The notes beneath the pieces are model-generated. The model ran no database searches, was not told the origin of the DNA, and worked only from the letters and a program-made list of their open reading frames with translations. Below, one piece after another: positions 51,522 through 61,267 of a DNA stretch of 64,000 bases (the stretch's first letter is position 1; each line of letters begins with the position of its first letter). The DNA lies in the NCBI GenBank assembly GCA_002897855.1, contig BDTO01000067.1, positions 9,950-73,949 of the forward strand, in the 5' to 3' direction. The position numbers were made by a program, and so were the translations under genes. The stretch comes from a bacterium BMS3Bbin05. GTDB lineage: Bacteria > Nitrospirota > Thermodesulfovibrionia > Thermodesulfovibrionales > BMS3Bbin05.

Positions 51522-51662
51522 GTGTCTGTGTATAAATTGCCGTTTTTTGTTTTTGTCATGCTCGAAATCTGTAATCCGGCATCCGGAACTTATTGAAAAG
51601 AATAGATTCCCCGACTAAGTCGGGAAATGACGGATAGAGAGACTGACTTTATGGACAGACTC
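51522..51662 (-). mobile_element. GAGTCTG-TIR MITE, copy 4 (tandem with copy 3)
   Basis: Reverse complement of the 43145-43285 type; flanked by TAATTA. Confidence 0.9.
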
Positions 51663-51814
51663 TAATTAGGGCACCAATTTTGCCTGCATGTCTTGTTATG
51701 CAAACAGTTCATTGTACTGTAGCCGGAGCCCCGTCCCGACAAAGTCGGGGCATGCCGGGATAAAAATATTGTTTATGATACGGATTCAGTCTGATTGAAT
51801 AATGTGCTGAAAAC

Positions 51815-52813
51815 ATGGATATACGTGCCTCTCATAATGTTCTGGTTACAGGTGGTACCGGTTTCATCGGCAGCCACCTCGTTGAATCGCTGATCAGTGA
51901 CGGTTACCCTGTAACCTGTCTTGTACGTGATACCGGGAATCTGCGCTGGCTCAAGGGATTGAGTGTGCGCCTGATAGAAGGCGATTGCACCGAACCGGAA
52001 ACTCTTCCCCCTGCTGTAAAAGACGCTTCCACTGTTTTTCATCTTGCGGGCCTGACCAAGGCAAGACATATCACGGATTACTACAGGGTAAATCATATAG
52101 GCACCAGGAACATTCTGAGAGCATGTATCCGTCATAATCCCGGGTTAAGAAAATTTATTTACTTATCGAGTCTTGCTGCAGCCGGTCCCAGTAATAACGG
52201 AACACCTGTAAGAGATACGGATACACCCCATCCGGTATCTGATTACGGCAGGAGTAAACTCATGGCCGAAGAAGAAATACTGAACCTCAAGGATCAGTGT
52301 CCCACTGTAATTTTTCGTCCATCTGCAGTATACGGCCCAAGGGACAGGGATATGTATGAACTTTTTCGCTGGGCGGCAAGAGGAGTGACACTCGAAATTA
52401 TGGGGGGGGAGAGATTTATTGCACCATGTTATGTTGGAGATTTGATAACCGTCCTGCTGCTTGCATTAAAAAAACATGTTCCGTCGGGCAGTATTTATTT
52501 TGTCTCGGAAGACAGATACTATTCCTGGTCAGAGTTCAGACAGTTAATGCTTCTTACGGGGCAGGTAACGGCACGCAACATAAGAATTCCTTATGCAATT
52601 GCCTATCTGATCGGATTATTCTCAGAATTTGTTGGGCTTGTAACAGGAAAACCGACCATTACAAACAGGCAGAAGGTCAGGGAAGCCATACAGAAATACT
52701 GGATTGGGGATATCGGCAAGATAAAGGATGATCTGGGTTTCAGGCCCGTTTATCCGCTGAAATACGGCCTCGAGAAGACATGGAAATGGTACAGGGAGAA
52801 CGGATGGATCTGA
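51815..52813 (+). CDS. Extended SDR / NAD-dependent epimerase family; candidate ceramide reductase (CerR-like)
   Basis: TGGTGFIG, HLAG, SSLAA, YGRSK, RPSAVYGP; context next to spt. Confidence 0.75.
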   Translation: MDIRASHNVLVTGGTGFIGSHLVESLISDGYPVTCLVRDTGNLRWLKGLSVRLIEGDCTEPETLPPAVKDASTVFHLAGLTKARHITDYYRVNHIGTRNILRACIRHNPGLRKFIYLSSLAAAGPSNNGTPVRDTDTPHPVSDYGRSKLMAEEEILNLKDQCPTVIFRPSAVYGPRDRDMYELFRWAARGVTLEIMGGERFIAPCYVGDLITVLLLALKKHVPSGSIYFVSEDRYYSWSEFRQLMLLTGQVTARNIRIPYAIAYLIGLFSEFVGLVTGKPTITNRQKVREAIQKYWIGDIGKIKDDLGFRPVYPLKYGLEKTWKWYRENGWI

Positions 52814-52954
52814 ACTCTCAGCAAATGTACCATTTTTCCATGACGTTTAAACACAGGAATCCATTGACCGGCAAGTTTTTTTGCCTCAAAAGACATCCCT
52901 ATTGCTATAATACATATCCTTATATATTACAGGACAGCTATGGAGGTATCTGTA

Positions 52955-54133
52955 TTGGATATTTTTGAGAAGTGCAGAACATATACAGCAGCAAAAGAGA
53001 TTATGGCAGCAGGTTTTTATGCGTACTTCCGCATACTTGAATCAGCCCAGGACCCGGAAGTGATAGTGGAAGGTAAAAAAATGATCATGCTCGGTTCCAA
53101 TAATTATCTCGGACTTACCAATCATCCGAAAATAAAAGAATCGGCCATTGAAGCCGTAAAAAAATACGGGTGCGGGTGCGCGGGTTCACGATTCCTCAAC
53201 GGCACCCTGGATATCCATGTCCGACTCGAAGAAAAACTTGCTTCTTTTTTCCGGAAAGATACCGCTCTCGCCTTCTCTACAGGCTACCAGACTAATCTCG
53301 GTATTATCTCATCTCTCGCCGGCAAAAATGATGTCGTGTTTGTTGACAAACTCGACCACGCCAGCATTATCGATGCATGCAGATTGTCGTTTGCCGAGAC
53401 AAAAAAATTCAGGCATAACGATTTAAAGAGTCTTGAAAAGCTGCTCATTGAATATGCCGACAGGGGAAAGCTTGTCGTAGTTGACGGCGTGTATAGTATG
53501 GAGGGAGATATTGCGCCCCTTCCCGATATCGTAGCTCTTTGCAAAAAACACGGATCGAGAATTATGGTTGATGATGCCCATGGCATAGGGGTACTCGGGA
53601 AAACCGGCCGTGGTACTGCAGAACACTTCGGACTTGAGGATGAAGTGGATATAATAATGGGAACCTATAGCAAGTCCCTTGCATCTATCGGAGGATTTGC
53701 CGCTGCAAATGAAGATGTAATACATTACATGAAACACAATGCAAGGCCTCTTATCTTTTCGGCCAGCTCGCCGCCCGCGTCGGTCGCCTCGGTCATAGCG
53801 GCTCTTGATATTATAGATAAAGAACCCGGGAGAAGGGAGCGACTCTGGGCAAATACCAACAAGATGATAAATGCCTTCAGGGAAATGGGATATGATACCG
53901 GCGCAGCTGAAACACCCATAGTACCTCTCGTTATGGTCGATATGGAGCATACATTTATGATGTGGAAAATTCTCAGCGAGGAAGGAGTCTTTGTCAACCC
54001 CGTCGTACCTCCGGCAGTGCCTCAGGGGAGGTCTTTGATCAGAACAAGTTACATGGCAACACATACAACCGGGCAACTTGACCTCGTCCTGGATATTTTT
54101 GAGAAGGCAGGGAAGAAACTGGGAATTATTTAA
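52955..54133 (+). CDS. spt: Serine palmitoyltransferase (alpha-oxoamine synthase family)
   Basis: [40 protein letters not shown] motif (SKS rather than the SKA/GKA of BioF/Kbl), FY.YFR N-terminus; probable TTG start 8 nt after GGAGG. Confidence 0.82.
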   Translation: MDIFEKCRTYTAAKEIMAAGFYAYFRILESAQDPEVIVEGKKMIMLGSNNYLGLTNHPKIKESAIEAVKKYGCGCAGSRFLNGTLDIHVRLEEKLASFFRKDTALAFSTGYQTNLGIISSLAGKNDVVFVDKLDHASIIDACRLSFAETKKFRHNDLKSLEKLLIEYADRGKLVVVDGVYSMEGDIAPLPDIVALCKKHGSRIMVDDAHGIGVLGKTGRGTAEHFGLEDEVDIIMGTYSKSLASIGGFAAANEDVIHYMKHNARPLIFSASSPPASVASVIAALDIIDKEPGRRERLWANTNKMINAFREMGYDTGAAETPIVPLVMVDMEHTFMMWKILSEEGVFVNPVVPPAVPQGRSLIRTSYMATHTTGQLDLVLDIFEKAGKKLGII

Positions 54134-54144
54134 CTATTGCCGAC

Positions 54145-55260
54145 ATGGAAATAGAAACCGTCAGCGACAGTAAGGGAATGAACAGCTTCATACTCTTCCC
54201 ATGGAAGGTGTATGAGGGTAATCCCAACTGGGTTCCTCCGCTCATAAGGGAGATGAAATTCATCCTGGGCGATAGTAATCCCTTCTTCAGACACGCTGAG
54301 GCAGCATATTTCCTGGCAAAAGAAAATGGTGAGTACGTTGGCAGGATAGCGGCAATCATCGACCGGAATAATAATAATTTTCAGGGCGAGAAAGCCGGGT
54401 TTTTCGGGTTTTTCGAATGCATGCCTGATCCCGCCATATCCGAAGGGCTTCTCTCGGCCGCTTCATGCTGGATTAAGAAGTACGGCATGGAGACAATGCG
54501 CGGGCCAATGAACCCGTCCACAAATGACGAATGTGGTTTCCTGCTCGAGGGTTTTGACTCTCCTCCCATGATCATGATGCCCTATACACCCGGATACTAT
54601 CTGGATTACATGCATCGCAGCGGCTTTGTAAAGGCAAAGGATCTCTATGCATATCTGGTAATCCCCGATGAGGTGAAGGCCATCGAGCGGCTCGAAAGGA
54701 TATCGGGCGGCATCAGGAAAAAAATTACCGGGCTTACCGTACGCCATGCAGACATTAAGAAGTTTGACAAAGAGTTGAACATTATCAAGGACATCTACAA
54801 TTCTGCATGGGCCCGAAACTGGGGCTTTGTTCCAATGACCGATGAAGAGATAAATTCCATGGCAAAGAGGCTGAAACCCCTGCTCGTTCAGGAATTGCTG
54901 ATTATTGCAGAGGTAAATGGCGACCCCGCTGCATTTTTCATGGTCGTACCGGACTATAACCAGGTTCTGTCCCATTTGAACGGCCGTCTCGGGCTGACCG
55001 GTCTTGTAAAATTTTTCTGGTATTCAAGGAAGATTACCGGCATCAGGGGAATGACCCTCGGAGTTAAGGAGAAATATCGCAAAAAGGGAATTGAGGGGCT
55101 GCTCTATCTTGAGGCATTCAGGGCAGCAGTAAAAATGGGATACAACAGGACGGAAATGTCATGGATACTCGAAGATAATGTCCTGATGCAGAGGGGCTGC
55201 GAGATGATGGGCGGCAGGCTGTACAAAAAATACAGGATTTACGAGAAGAAAATCGTATAA
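54145..55260 (+). CDS. GNAT-fold protein; candidate bacterial ceramide synthase (bCerS-like)
   Basis: FP..VY....WVPPL, NPF, GRIAA, FGFFE, RGP.NPSTNDECG, NWGFVP, SWILEDN; directly after spt. Confidence 0.82.
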   Translation: MEIETVSDSKGMNSFILFPWKVYEGNPNWVPPLIREMKFILGDSNPFFRHAEAAYFLAKENGEYVGRIAAIIDRNNNNFQGEKAGFFGFFECMPDPAISEGLLSAASCWIKKYGMETMRGPMNPSTNDECGFLLEGFDSPPMIMMPYTPGYYLDYMHRSGFVKAKDLYAYLVIPDEVKAIERLERISGGIRKKITGLTVRHADIKKFDKELNIIKDIYNSAWARNWGFVPMTDEEINSMAKRLKPLLVQELLIIAEVNGDPAAFFMVVPDYNQVLSHLNGRLGLTGLVKFFWYSRKITGIRGMTLGVKEKYRKKGIEGLLYLEAFRAAVKMGYNRTEMSWILEDNVLMQRGCEMMGGRLYKKYRIYEKKIV

Positions 55261-55264
55261 AGAT

Positions 55265-56137
55265 CTATCCTGCCCGGTTATCGAGCATCCGGTACATTCG
55301 CGGTGCAATGAGTATGGTAATCGCCGTAAGAGCAACACCTGCAATGACATCGATCACATAATGGTATCGCAAATAAACGGTTGAGAACATAAGAGCGCAT
55401 ACGAGCGGAATCAGAAATATATTAAGCCCCTTTTCACCCGATTTCCATGCATAGTAAACCGTCATAAGTGCAATAGCTGTGTGTCCGCTGGGAAAGGCAT
55501 CGGTCTTGTTGTGTTCAAGCAAATTAAGCAGTCTCTGTATGGACAGGATAAAATAATTCGCATCGAGCCCGGTTGTCTGCAGATGTACCATGGAATACCG
55601 GGGACCCACCGCCGGGACAAGAATATAGCCTATATATGAAAGGTAAAAGCACAGAACAATTCCGAAGACAGCCTCATCGAATACCTTGTATCTCTTCCTG
55701 ACGATTAGAACAATACCCAGAGCAAGCGGGATCAGATAGTAACTGATATATGCAAACTGGAGGATATCCGTGAGCACAGGATGAATAAAGCGCTCCAGCC
55801 AGATTGTAGGATTGGCACCGAACATTAAATAGTCAATTCGGATCAACAGATCATCATAGTAATGCGGCCGGACGAATGGTATGATATCCCCAAGGCTGTT
55901 AAATATCAGGGATACAAGGACTACCGGAAGAAATGCATGGAGATATGTTACCGGTTTCCAGGTGTCGGACTTTACATCGTACATTGCAAGACTTATTACA
56001 GTCATAATGAGAACAAAATAAAGGGCTAAAAGCCATCCCGGTTTTGGAACGGAACGGGAAAAAACCACTACAATCGCAGATAAGAACAGAATAAACGCAA
56101 TAGAAAGTATATCAACAGGCTTGAATATTTTCCTCAT
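55265..56137 (-). CDS. PAP2-family membrane phosphotransferase, Aur1/IPC synthase-like
   Basis: Multi-TM; AYISYY, VPAVGPR, AFPSGH, RYHYVID. Confidence 0.82.
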   Translation of the reverse strand: MRKIFKPVDILSIAFILFLSAIVVVFSRSVPKPGWLLALYFVLIMTVISLAMYDVKSDTWKPVTYLHAFLPVVLVSLIFNSLGDIIPFVRPHYYDDLLIRIDYLMFGANPTIWLERFIHPVLTDILQFAYISYYLIPLALGIVLIVRKRYKVFDEAVFGIVLCFYLSYIGYILVPAVGPRYSMVHLQTTGLDANYFILSIQRLLNLLEHNKTDAFPSGHTAIALMTVYYAWKSGEKGLNIFLIPLVCALMFSTVYLRYHYVIDVIAGVALTAITILIAPRMYRMLDNRAG

Positions 56138-56202
56138 AGTTTTAAAATTATACCGCGTCGACCCCGTCCAGAATGAATATCCATAGAAGACTTGATCTAA
56201 AA

Positions 56203-56919
56203 CTATGCCCTTCTACCGGCAGCAGGTTGATCTTCTATTTCTTTGCCCAGGTATTTAAGTACGGCAACTGCATCTTCCCATGTAAGCCATTTATCCTTCG
56301 GACTACGAAGGAGATATGAAGGATGGAATGTAGGCATTACCTTGATGCCGTTATAATCGTGGAATTTACCCCTGACCTTCGTTATGCGCATGTCTGTACC
56401 CAGAAGGTTCTGAAGCGCAACATTGCCGAGAACCATTATAACTTTTGGACTGATTATTTCAATCTGTCTTTTCAAAAAAACCATGCATGTCCGGGCCTCA
56501 TCAGGAAGAGGATTCCTGTTACCCGGGGGACGGCATTTGACTATATTAGCTATATAAACATCATTCCGGTCGGATCCCATTTTTTTAATCAGGTTCGTCA
56601 GTAGTTGCCCCGCCTTACCCACAAACGGTCTCCCCTGTATATCCTCGTCGGCGCCGGGACCCTCGCCTATAAACATAATCTCACAATCGGGGTTGCCCTC
56701 CCCGAAGACAATATTTTTTCTACCCTCATGCAACCGGCATTTCCTGCAGTCACCGATTATATTTTTTCTAAGATCTTCAAGGGCTTCAGTTTTTTCTTCC
56801 ACACCAACCGTTTTGCCCGATTTTTCATCCCGGAATTCATCCATATATATGCTGCTTAATCCCATATTACGATAAAATTCAAGAACCAGACGCAGTTCAT
56901 CCCTGTTTATGGAACTCAT
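56203..56919 (-). CDS. Uracil-DNA glycosylase family 4
   Basis: CRKCRL, GEGPG..ED..GRPFVG, NIVKCRPP.NR, HPSYLLR. Confidence 0.95.
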   Translation of the reverse strand: MSSINRDELRLVLEFYRNMGLSSIYMDEFRDEKSGKTVGVEEKTEALEDLRKNIIGDCRKCRLHEGRKNIVFGEGNPDCEIMFIGEGPGADEDIQGRPFVGKAGQLLTNLIKKMGSDRNDVYIANIVKCRPPGNRNPLPDEARTCMVFLKRQIEIISPKVIMVLGNVALQNLLGTDMRITKVRGKFHDYNGIKVMPTFHPSYLLRSPKDKWLTWEDAVAVLKYLGKEIEDQPAAGRRA

Positions 56920-57771
56920 CTATCTCTCACCCCATCTGAGCTTGGTCCTCAATATGTTGTAATAATTCTTCTCACATGGTACCAGCAACCTTGTTTTATG
57001 GCCTGATTTACCTATTTCAATGAGGTCACCTTTTCTGAGGGAATAACCCACCTGGCCGTCAAGTGTCAGGAAAACGTCTTCACTGTCGGACCGCAATATT
57101 ATCTCAACCATCGAACCGTCACCTATAACTATCGGCCTGTTCGTCAATGTATGTGGACATATCGGCGTGATCACCACAGAATTCATGGTGGGATAGATTA
57201 TCGGCCCGCCGGCGGAGAGATTATAAGCAGTAGACCCGGTAGGAGTAGACACTATCAAGCCATCAGACCTGTAAGTAGTCACATACTGGTGGTCGATAAA
57301 GGTCTCAAGCTCTATAATCCTTGCAAGGGCACCTTTATTAATTACGACATCATTCAATACCAGGTAATCCGATATCTTTTCTCCATGCCTGTGAATGTGC
57401 ACCTGCAGCATGAGCCTCTCTTCCACAGAGCATTTCTCCACCAGCATCTTGTCTATGGCTTCCTTCATCCCGGAACGGTTGACCTCCGTAATAAAACCGA
57501 GCCCACCGATATTCACTCCAAGGATAGGTATATCCTTGTGGGCTACCAGCCTTGCCACCGAAAGCATCGTACCGTCACCGCCAAGCACGATTACAGCGTC
57601 GACCAGATCCGGTATTTCTGCGCGCGAATACCCTTTCATATTAAGCATCTCTGCCGCATCTTCATCAATAAACAGCTCAAACCCCTTCTCCTTCATGTAA
57701 GGCAGGATTTCACGGAGTATCTCGGGAGGCTCGGGCTTACCGCTCTTGCATATTATTCCAATCTTTTTCAT
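56920..57771 (-). CDS. nadK: NAD kinase
   Basis: GGDGT, GLGF, LND, DGLIVSTPTGSTAY.LSAGGP, DG. Confidence 0.96.
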   Translation of the reverse strand: MKKIGIICKSGKPEPPEILREILPYMKEKGFELFIDEDAAEMLNMKGYSRAEIPDLVDAVIVLGGDGTMLSVARLVAHKDIPILGVNIGGLGFITEVNRSGMKEAIDKMLVEKCSVEERLMLQVHIHRHGEKISDYLVLNDVVINKGALARIIELETFIDHQYVTTYRSDGLIVSTPTGSTAYNLSAGGPIIYPTMNSVVITPICPHTLTNRPIVIGDGSMVEIILRSDSEDVFLTLDGQVGYSLRKGDLIEIGKSGHKTRLLVPCEKNYYNILRTKLRWGER

Positions 57772-58183
57772 TTATACCTTCTATCTCTATTTTTCTCTCT
57801 CTGTCTCCTGTTATATCAATCCTGACCGTAATCGCATTTTCGGGAACATCTTCCAGCCTTTCGGCCCATTCAATAACCGTTACTCCGTCCTTATCCAGAT
57901 AATCATAAAGGCCTGTATCATAAACGTCTGCATCGTCCTCCAGCCTGTACAGGTCCACGTGGCAGAAAGGGGGAGACGTATCGTATTCCGCAATGATAGT
58001 AAAACTGGCACTGGTTACTTCCCTTTCTTCAATACCGAAAGCAGAGGCAATTCCCTTTATCATCGCTGTCTTGCCTGCGCCTATCTCTCCATAAAAGCAG
58101 ACCATATCACCATTCTTCAAAAACCGTCCGAGCTTTCTCCCGATCAAAAATGTTTCGTCGGGACCCGAACTGCTAAGTTGCAC
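57737..58183 (-). CDS. tsaE: tRNA threonylcarbamoyladenosine biosynthesis ATPase
   Basis: GEIGAGKT, VTSASF, HVDLYRL, IEWAE. Confidence 0.94.
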   Translation of the reverse strand: MQLSSSGPDETFLIGRKLGRFLKNGDMVCFYGEIGAGKTAMIKGIASAFGIEEREVTSASFTIIAEYDTSPPFCHVDLYRLEDDADVYDTGLYDYLDKDGVTVIEWAERLEDVPENAITVRIDITGDRERKIEIEGINEKDWNNMQER

Positions 58184-58628
58184 CGGAAACGCTCCGGATT
58201 AACTCCTTCTTACCTACAATCCCTACTATTTTTTTACCCTCGACAACCGGCAGCAGGTGTATCTTTTTTTCGCTCATGAGTGTTGCCATTTCAGCCAGTG
58301 TCGTTTCTCCGTCAATGGTTACAACATCCCTGGAACATATCTCCCCAACCTTTGAGGCCGTCATCTTTCTGATCTCTTTTTCAACGCTGGACGTGCTTTC
58401 AAGAGGAATTAACGCATCAAATATCCTCAATACTGTAGGGATATGAAATTTTTTGTTCCGGCTGATCAGGTCATTTTCCGTAACGATGCCATAAAGCTCA
58501 CCGTTTTCATCGATAACCGGTGCGCCGCTTATGTCATTGTCGATGAACATCCGGCCCAGATCTTCTACAGATGTTTCAGGGCTTACGGTAATAACTTCTT
58601 TCCTCATAATATCCCTTGCCTTAACCAT
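58173..58628 (-). CDS. CBS domain pair protein
   Basis: ARDIM..VITV, ISGAPV, GIVTE.DL, LPVV..VGIV; start MVKARD with GGAGG. Confidence 0.92.
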   Translation of the reverse strand: MVKARDIMRKEVITVSPETSVEDLGRMFIDNDISGAPVIDENGELYGIVTENDLISRNKKFHIPTVLRIFDALIPLESTSSVEKEIRKMTASKVGEICSRDVVTIDGETTLAEMATLMSEKKIHLLPVVEGKKIVGIVGKKELIRSVSGAT

Positions 58629-58713
58629 TAGACCTCCATTATTCATTAAATATTGGTTTTCGGTATTTCCGTGAGTAATATAGCCATGTAGACACAAAGA
58701 TAAAAAACCTTTT

Positions 58714-58849
58714 GCCACAGACTCTCACAGACTTTTTTAAAAGAATCTTTCTTTTTATTTTAAAACCATGAATCTCCATTATTTTTCTTTTCAGCCTTTT
58801 TTTTAAGTCTTCAGCCTATGTCCGCCTTTAGTCCGTGTCCGTCTGTGGC
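58714..58849. repeat. Inverted CCACAGAC..CACAGAC / GTCCGTG..GTCTGTGG repeat pair
   Basis: GCCACAGAC at 58714 and GTCTGTGGC at 58841 around an AT-rich spacer. Confidence 0.65.
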
Positions 58850-59027
58850 CAAAAAGTTTTTTCTTTATTTGCCACTGAGCCATTGAGCTTGTCAGCTTGT
58901 TATTGTTCATACATAGCTGAATATATTCTTTAAGCCTATCCTTCCGCCTATTATAACTCAAATCCGGCTATAAGCGGTGCAGAACAGAGCGGATTTCGAT
59001 ATTTTCCGTGCCGTTACGACGTAAATC

Positions 59028-59729
59028 CTAATCTGTAAACATGCCGATAAATCCGCCCTGTCTTCCCATCGAACCTCTTGAATATCTGTAAGAATAATAT
59101 CTTTCAGGATAGCAGTATGTACACTCGTCGCTCATCCATATCTTTGATTCATCAACCCCCATGCTCAAAGCCTGCTGCCTGTTGGCGGAAGAGAGATCAA
59201 GACATATCCTGTTTCCACTTTTAGTATGATAATCTCCATCACCCGTTGAGGACATAACCGATTCAAGCACTTCAATGCCGACGCTGTAACAACACCATCT
59301 TATAGCCGGACCGATGGCCATAATAATATCCGACGGATTCGAGAAAAATTCTCCTGTCATGACATCGAGGGTATTCTTCAAAATCCCTTTTGCCGTTCCC
59401 CTCCATCCTGCATGGACAGATCCACAAACCATCCTTACAGGATCATATACAAGCACTGGCACGCAGTCCGCAACAGATACTCCCACAAGTATGCCCTTCC
59501 GCCTGGTCAAGACTGCATCAGCTACTCTTGGCTTCATATCATACCCGACGACAATTACATTGTCAGTATGTTTCTGAACAGGTTTATAAATCCTGTTTTC
59601 AGGGATATCGGTCAGCGCGGAAATGGTACGGCCGGCCGAAGCGCTTTTCTTTGTGGTAAAAAAAGCCTTAATTTTACTTCGTCTGAAGATACCGGGACTT
59701 ATTATCCTGCTCAAGATACGATCCTGCAA
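59028..59729 (-). CDS. pgeF: Peptidoglycan editing factor / purine nucleoside enzyme PgeF (YfiH)
   Basis: Q.H, ADCVPV, HAGWRG, IGPAI..CCY, CT..YSYR. Confidence 0.9.
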   Translation of the reverse strand: MQDRILSRIISPGIFRRSKIKAFFTTKKSASAGRTISALTDIPENRIYKPVQKHTDNVIVVGYDMKPRVADAVLTRRKGILVGVSVADCVPVLVYDPVRMVCGSVHAGWRGTAKGILKNTLDVMTGEFFSNPSDIIMAIGPAIRWCCYSVGIEVLESVMSSTGDGDYHTKSGNRICLDLSSANRQQALSMGVDESKIWMSDECTYCYPERYYSYRYSRGSMGRQGGFIGMFTD

Positions 59730-61267
59730 GCCATTACCCTGCCGAATGCCTTCGGCAGATACCTGATTATATCTCCTGCGACAAGAGAGTATTCACCCAG
59801 TTCATCCGCGGCCAGGTCTCCGGCAAGCCCATGTATATACACACCGCACACCGCTGAATAGAGCATTCCATACTTCTGAGCCATTAAACCGGAAATAATG
59901 CCTGACAGCACATCCCCGGAACCTGCAGTCGCCATCCCCGGATTCCCGGTAGTATTTATGTAAACCTCTCCACCGGGTGAAGCAACCACCGCAGGTGCCC
60001 CCTTCAGCACACAGACAACCCCGTTTCCGGACGCAAACCTCTCAGCAATCTCCACCCTGTTTCCGTTTATATCTTCCGGAGTAATGTCAGGATACTCTTC
60101 GGCCATAAGCCTCTTCATCTCGCCCGGATGGGGCGTAAGAATAACCCCGGCCTTTGCGTCTCTCAGAATGCCCGGCATACGAGCAATGCAGTTAAGTCCG
60201 TCAGCATCTGCAAGTAACGGCTTTTCAGATTTAAGTAATATCTGCCGAACAAACTTCACAACGTCATCGTTCACCCCGAGTCCCGGACCCAGCAACACTG
60301 CATCGGCACGGCTGTTTATGAAATCAAGCGCCTTTTTTGATGCAACCTCATTCAAATGATCTTCAGAGCTCGAGGGCAAACGTATCGTCATCTCCTCAAG
60401 GGCCCTGGATTGTATTGTACCAAAGATATTGTCAGCCACCCCCATTGTCACCGCACCGACCCCAGACCGCATACAGGCCCTGGATGCAAGGATTGCAGCG
60501 CCGGTCTTCCCTTCGGAACCTGCGATTACAAACACGTGTCCATAGTTGCCCTTGTGCGTATTTTTGTCCCTTACCTTAAGAATACGCTGCACAGTATCCA
60601 GATCCGCAATATTACGATTCAGATCATCTGATCCCGTAAGAAAAGATGGGAACCCGATATCCTCGACAAAAAGCTTCCCCGTACAATCGGCCCCCGGATG
60701 AAGAAAATGCCCGATCTTTGGAAGACCAAATGTAACTGTATAATCGGCATTTACGGCCTGGCCAAGAATCTGTCCTGAATCCGAAGAGATACCGGAGGGC
60801 ATATCCACTGATATAACGGGAGAGTCCGATCCGTTTATTGCAATAATTGCGCTGAGTAGAGACCCCTGCACCGGTTTGTTCAGACCCGTCCCCAGCAGGG
60901 CATCCACTATTATTGAATGCCTTATATCCGTTGCGGTTATTTTATCCCTGAACTCAATATTAAGGCGCATGTCTTTTGCAATCCTGTACTGTGAAAGACA
61001 GTCGGGGCTCAGCCTGTCTTCTTTTATAAGGAGCAGGCCCCTTACATCCCAGCCCCTGTTACTGAGAATCCTGCCCGCTACTATACCGTCTCCTCCATTA
61101 TTACCTCCTCCCGAAATAATGACAACCGGCTTCTTTTCAAAAATATCCGTAATCCTCTCGGCAACGGCCTCTCCGGCTCTCTCCATAAGCACAGATGATG
61201 AGACTCCAAAGTCTTTTATTGTCCGCCCGTCGATGCTTCTCATCTGGTCCGCAGTTACTACTTTCAC
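59711..61267 (-). CDS. nnr: Bifunctional NAD(P)H-hydrate epimerase/dehydratase
   Basis: LMERAG, GNNGGDG, DALLGTG, HKGNYG, GPGLG, DADGL, TPHPGE, MATAGSGDVL. Confidence 0.96.
   Translation of the reverse strand: MKVVTADQMRSIDGRTIKDFGVSSSVLMERAGEAVAERITDIFEKKPVVIISGGGNNGGDGIVAGRILSNRGWDVRGLLLIKEDRLSPDCLSQYRIAKDMRLNIEFRDKITATDIRHSIIVDALLGTGLNKPVQGSLLSAIIAINGSDSPVISVDMPSGISSDSGQILGQAVNADYTVTFGLPKIGHFLHPGADCTGKLFVEDIGFPSFLTGSDDLNRNIADLDTVQRILKVRDKNTHKGNYGHVFVIAGSEGKTGAAILASRACMRSGVGAVTMGVADNIFGTIQSRALEEMTIRLPSSSEDHLNEVASKKALDFINSRADAVLLGPGLGVNDDVVKFVRQILLKSEKPLLADADGLNCIARMPGILRDAKAGVILTPHPGEMKRLMAEEYPDITPEDINGNRVEIAERFASGNGVVCVLKGAPAVVASPGGEVYINTTGNPGMATAGSGDVLSGIISGLMAQKYGMLYSAVCGVYIHGLAGDLAADELGEYSLVAGDIIRYLPKAFGRVMACRIVS

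Noticed and set aside
51367-51668. Tandem repeat considered as a CRISPR array or attC cassette array
   Set aside because: Units are about 142 bp TIR-bounded elements with no unique spacers, no cas or integrase genes, and no RYYYAAC/GTTRRRY cores
52955-54133. BioF or Kbl annotation for the alpha-oxoamine synthase
   Set aside because: GTYSKS motif, N-terminal FY.YFR segment and bCerS/CerR-like neighbours favour Spt; no bio or tdh genes adjacent
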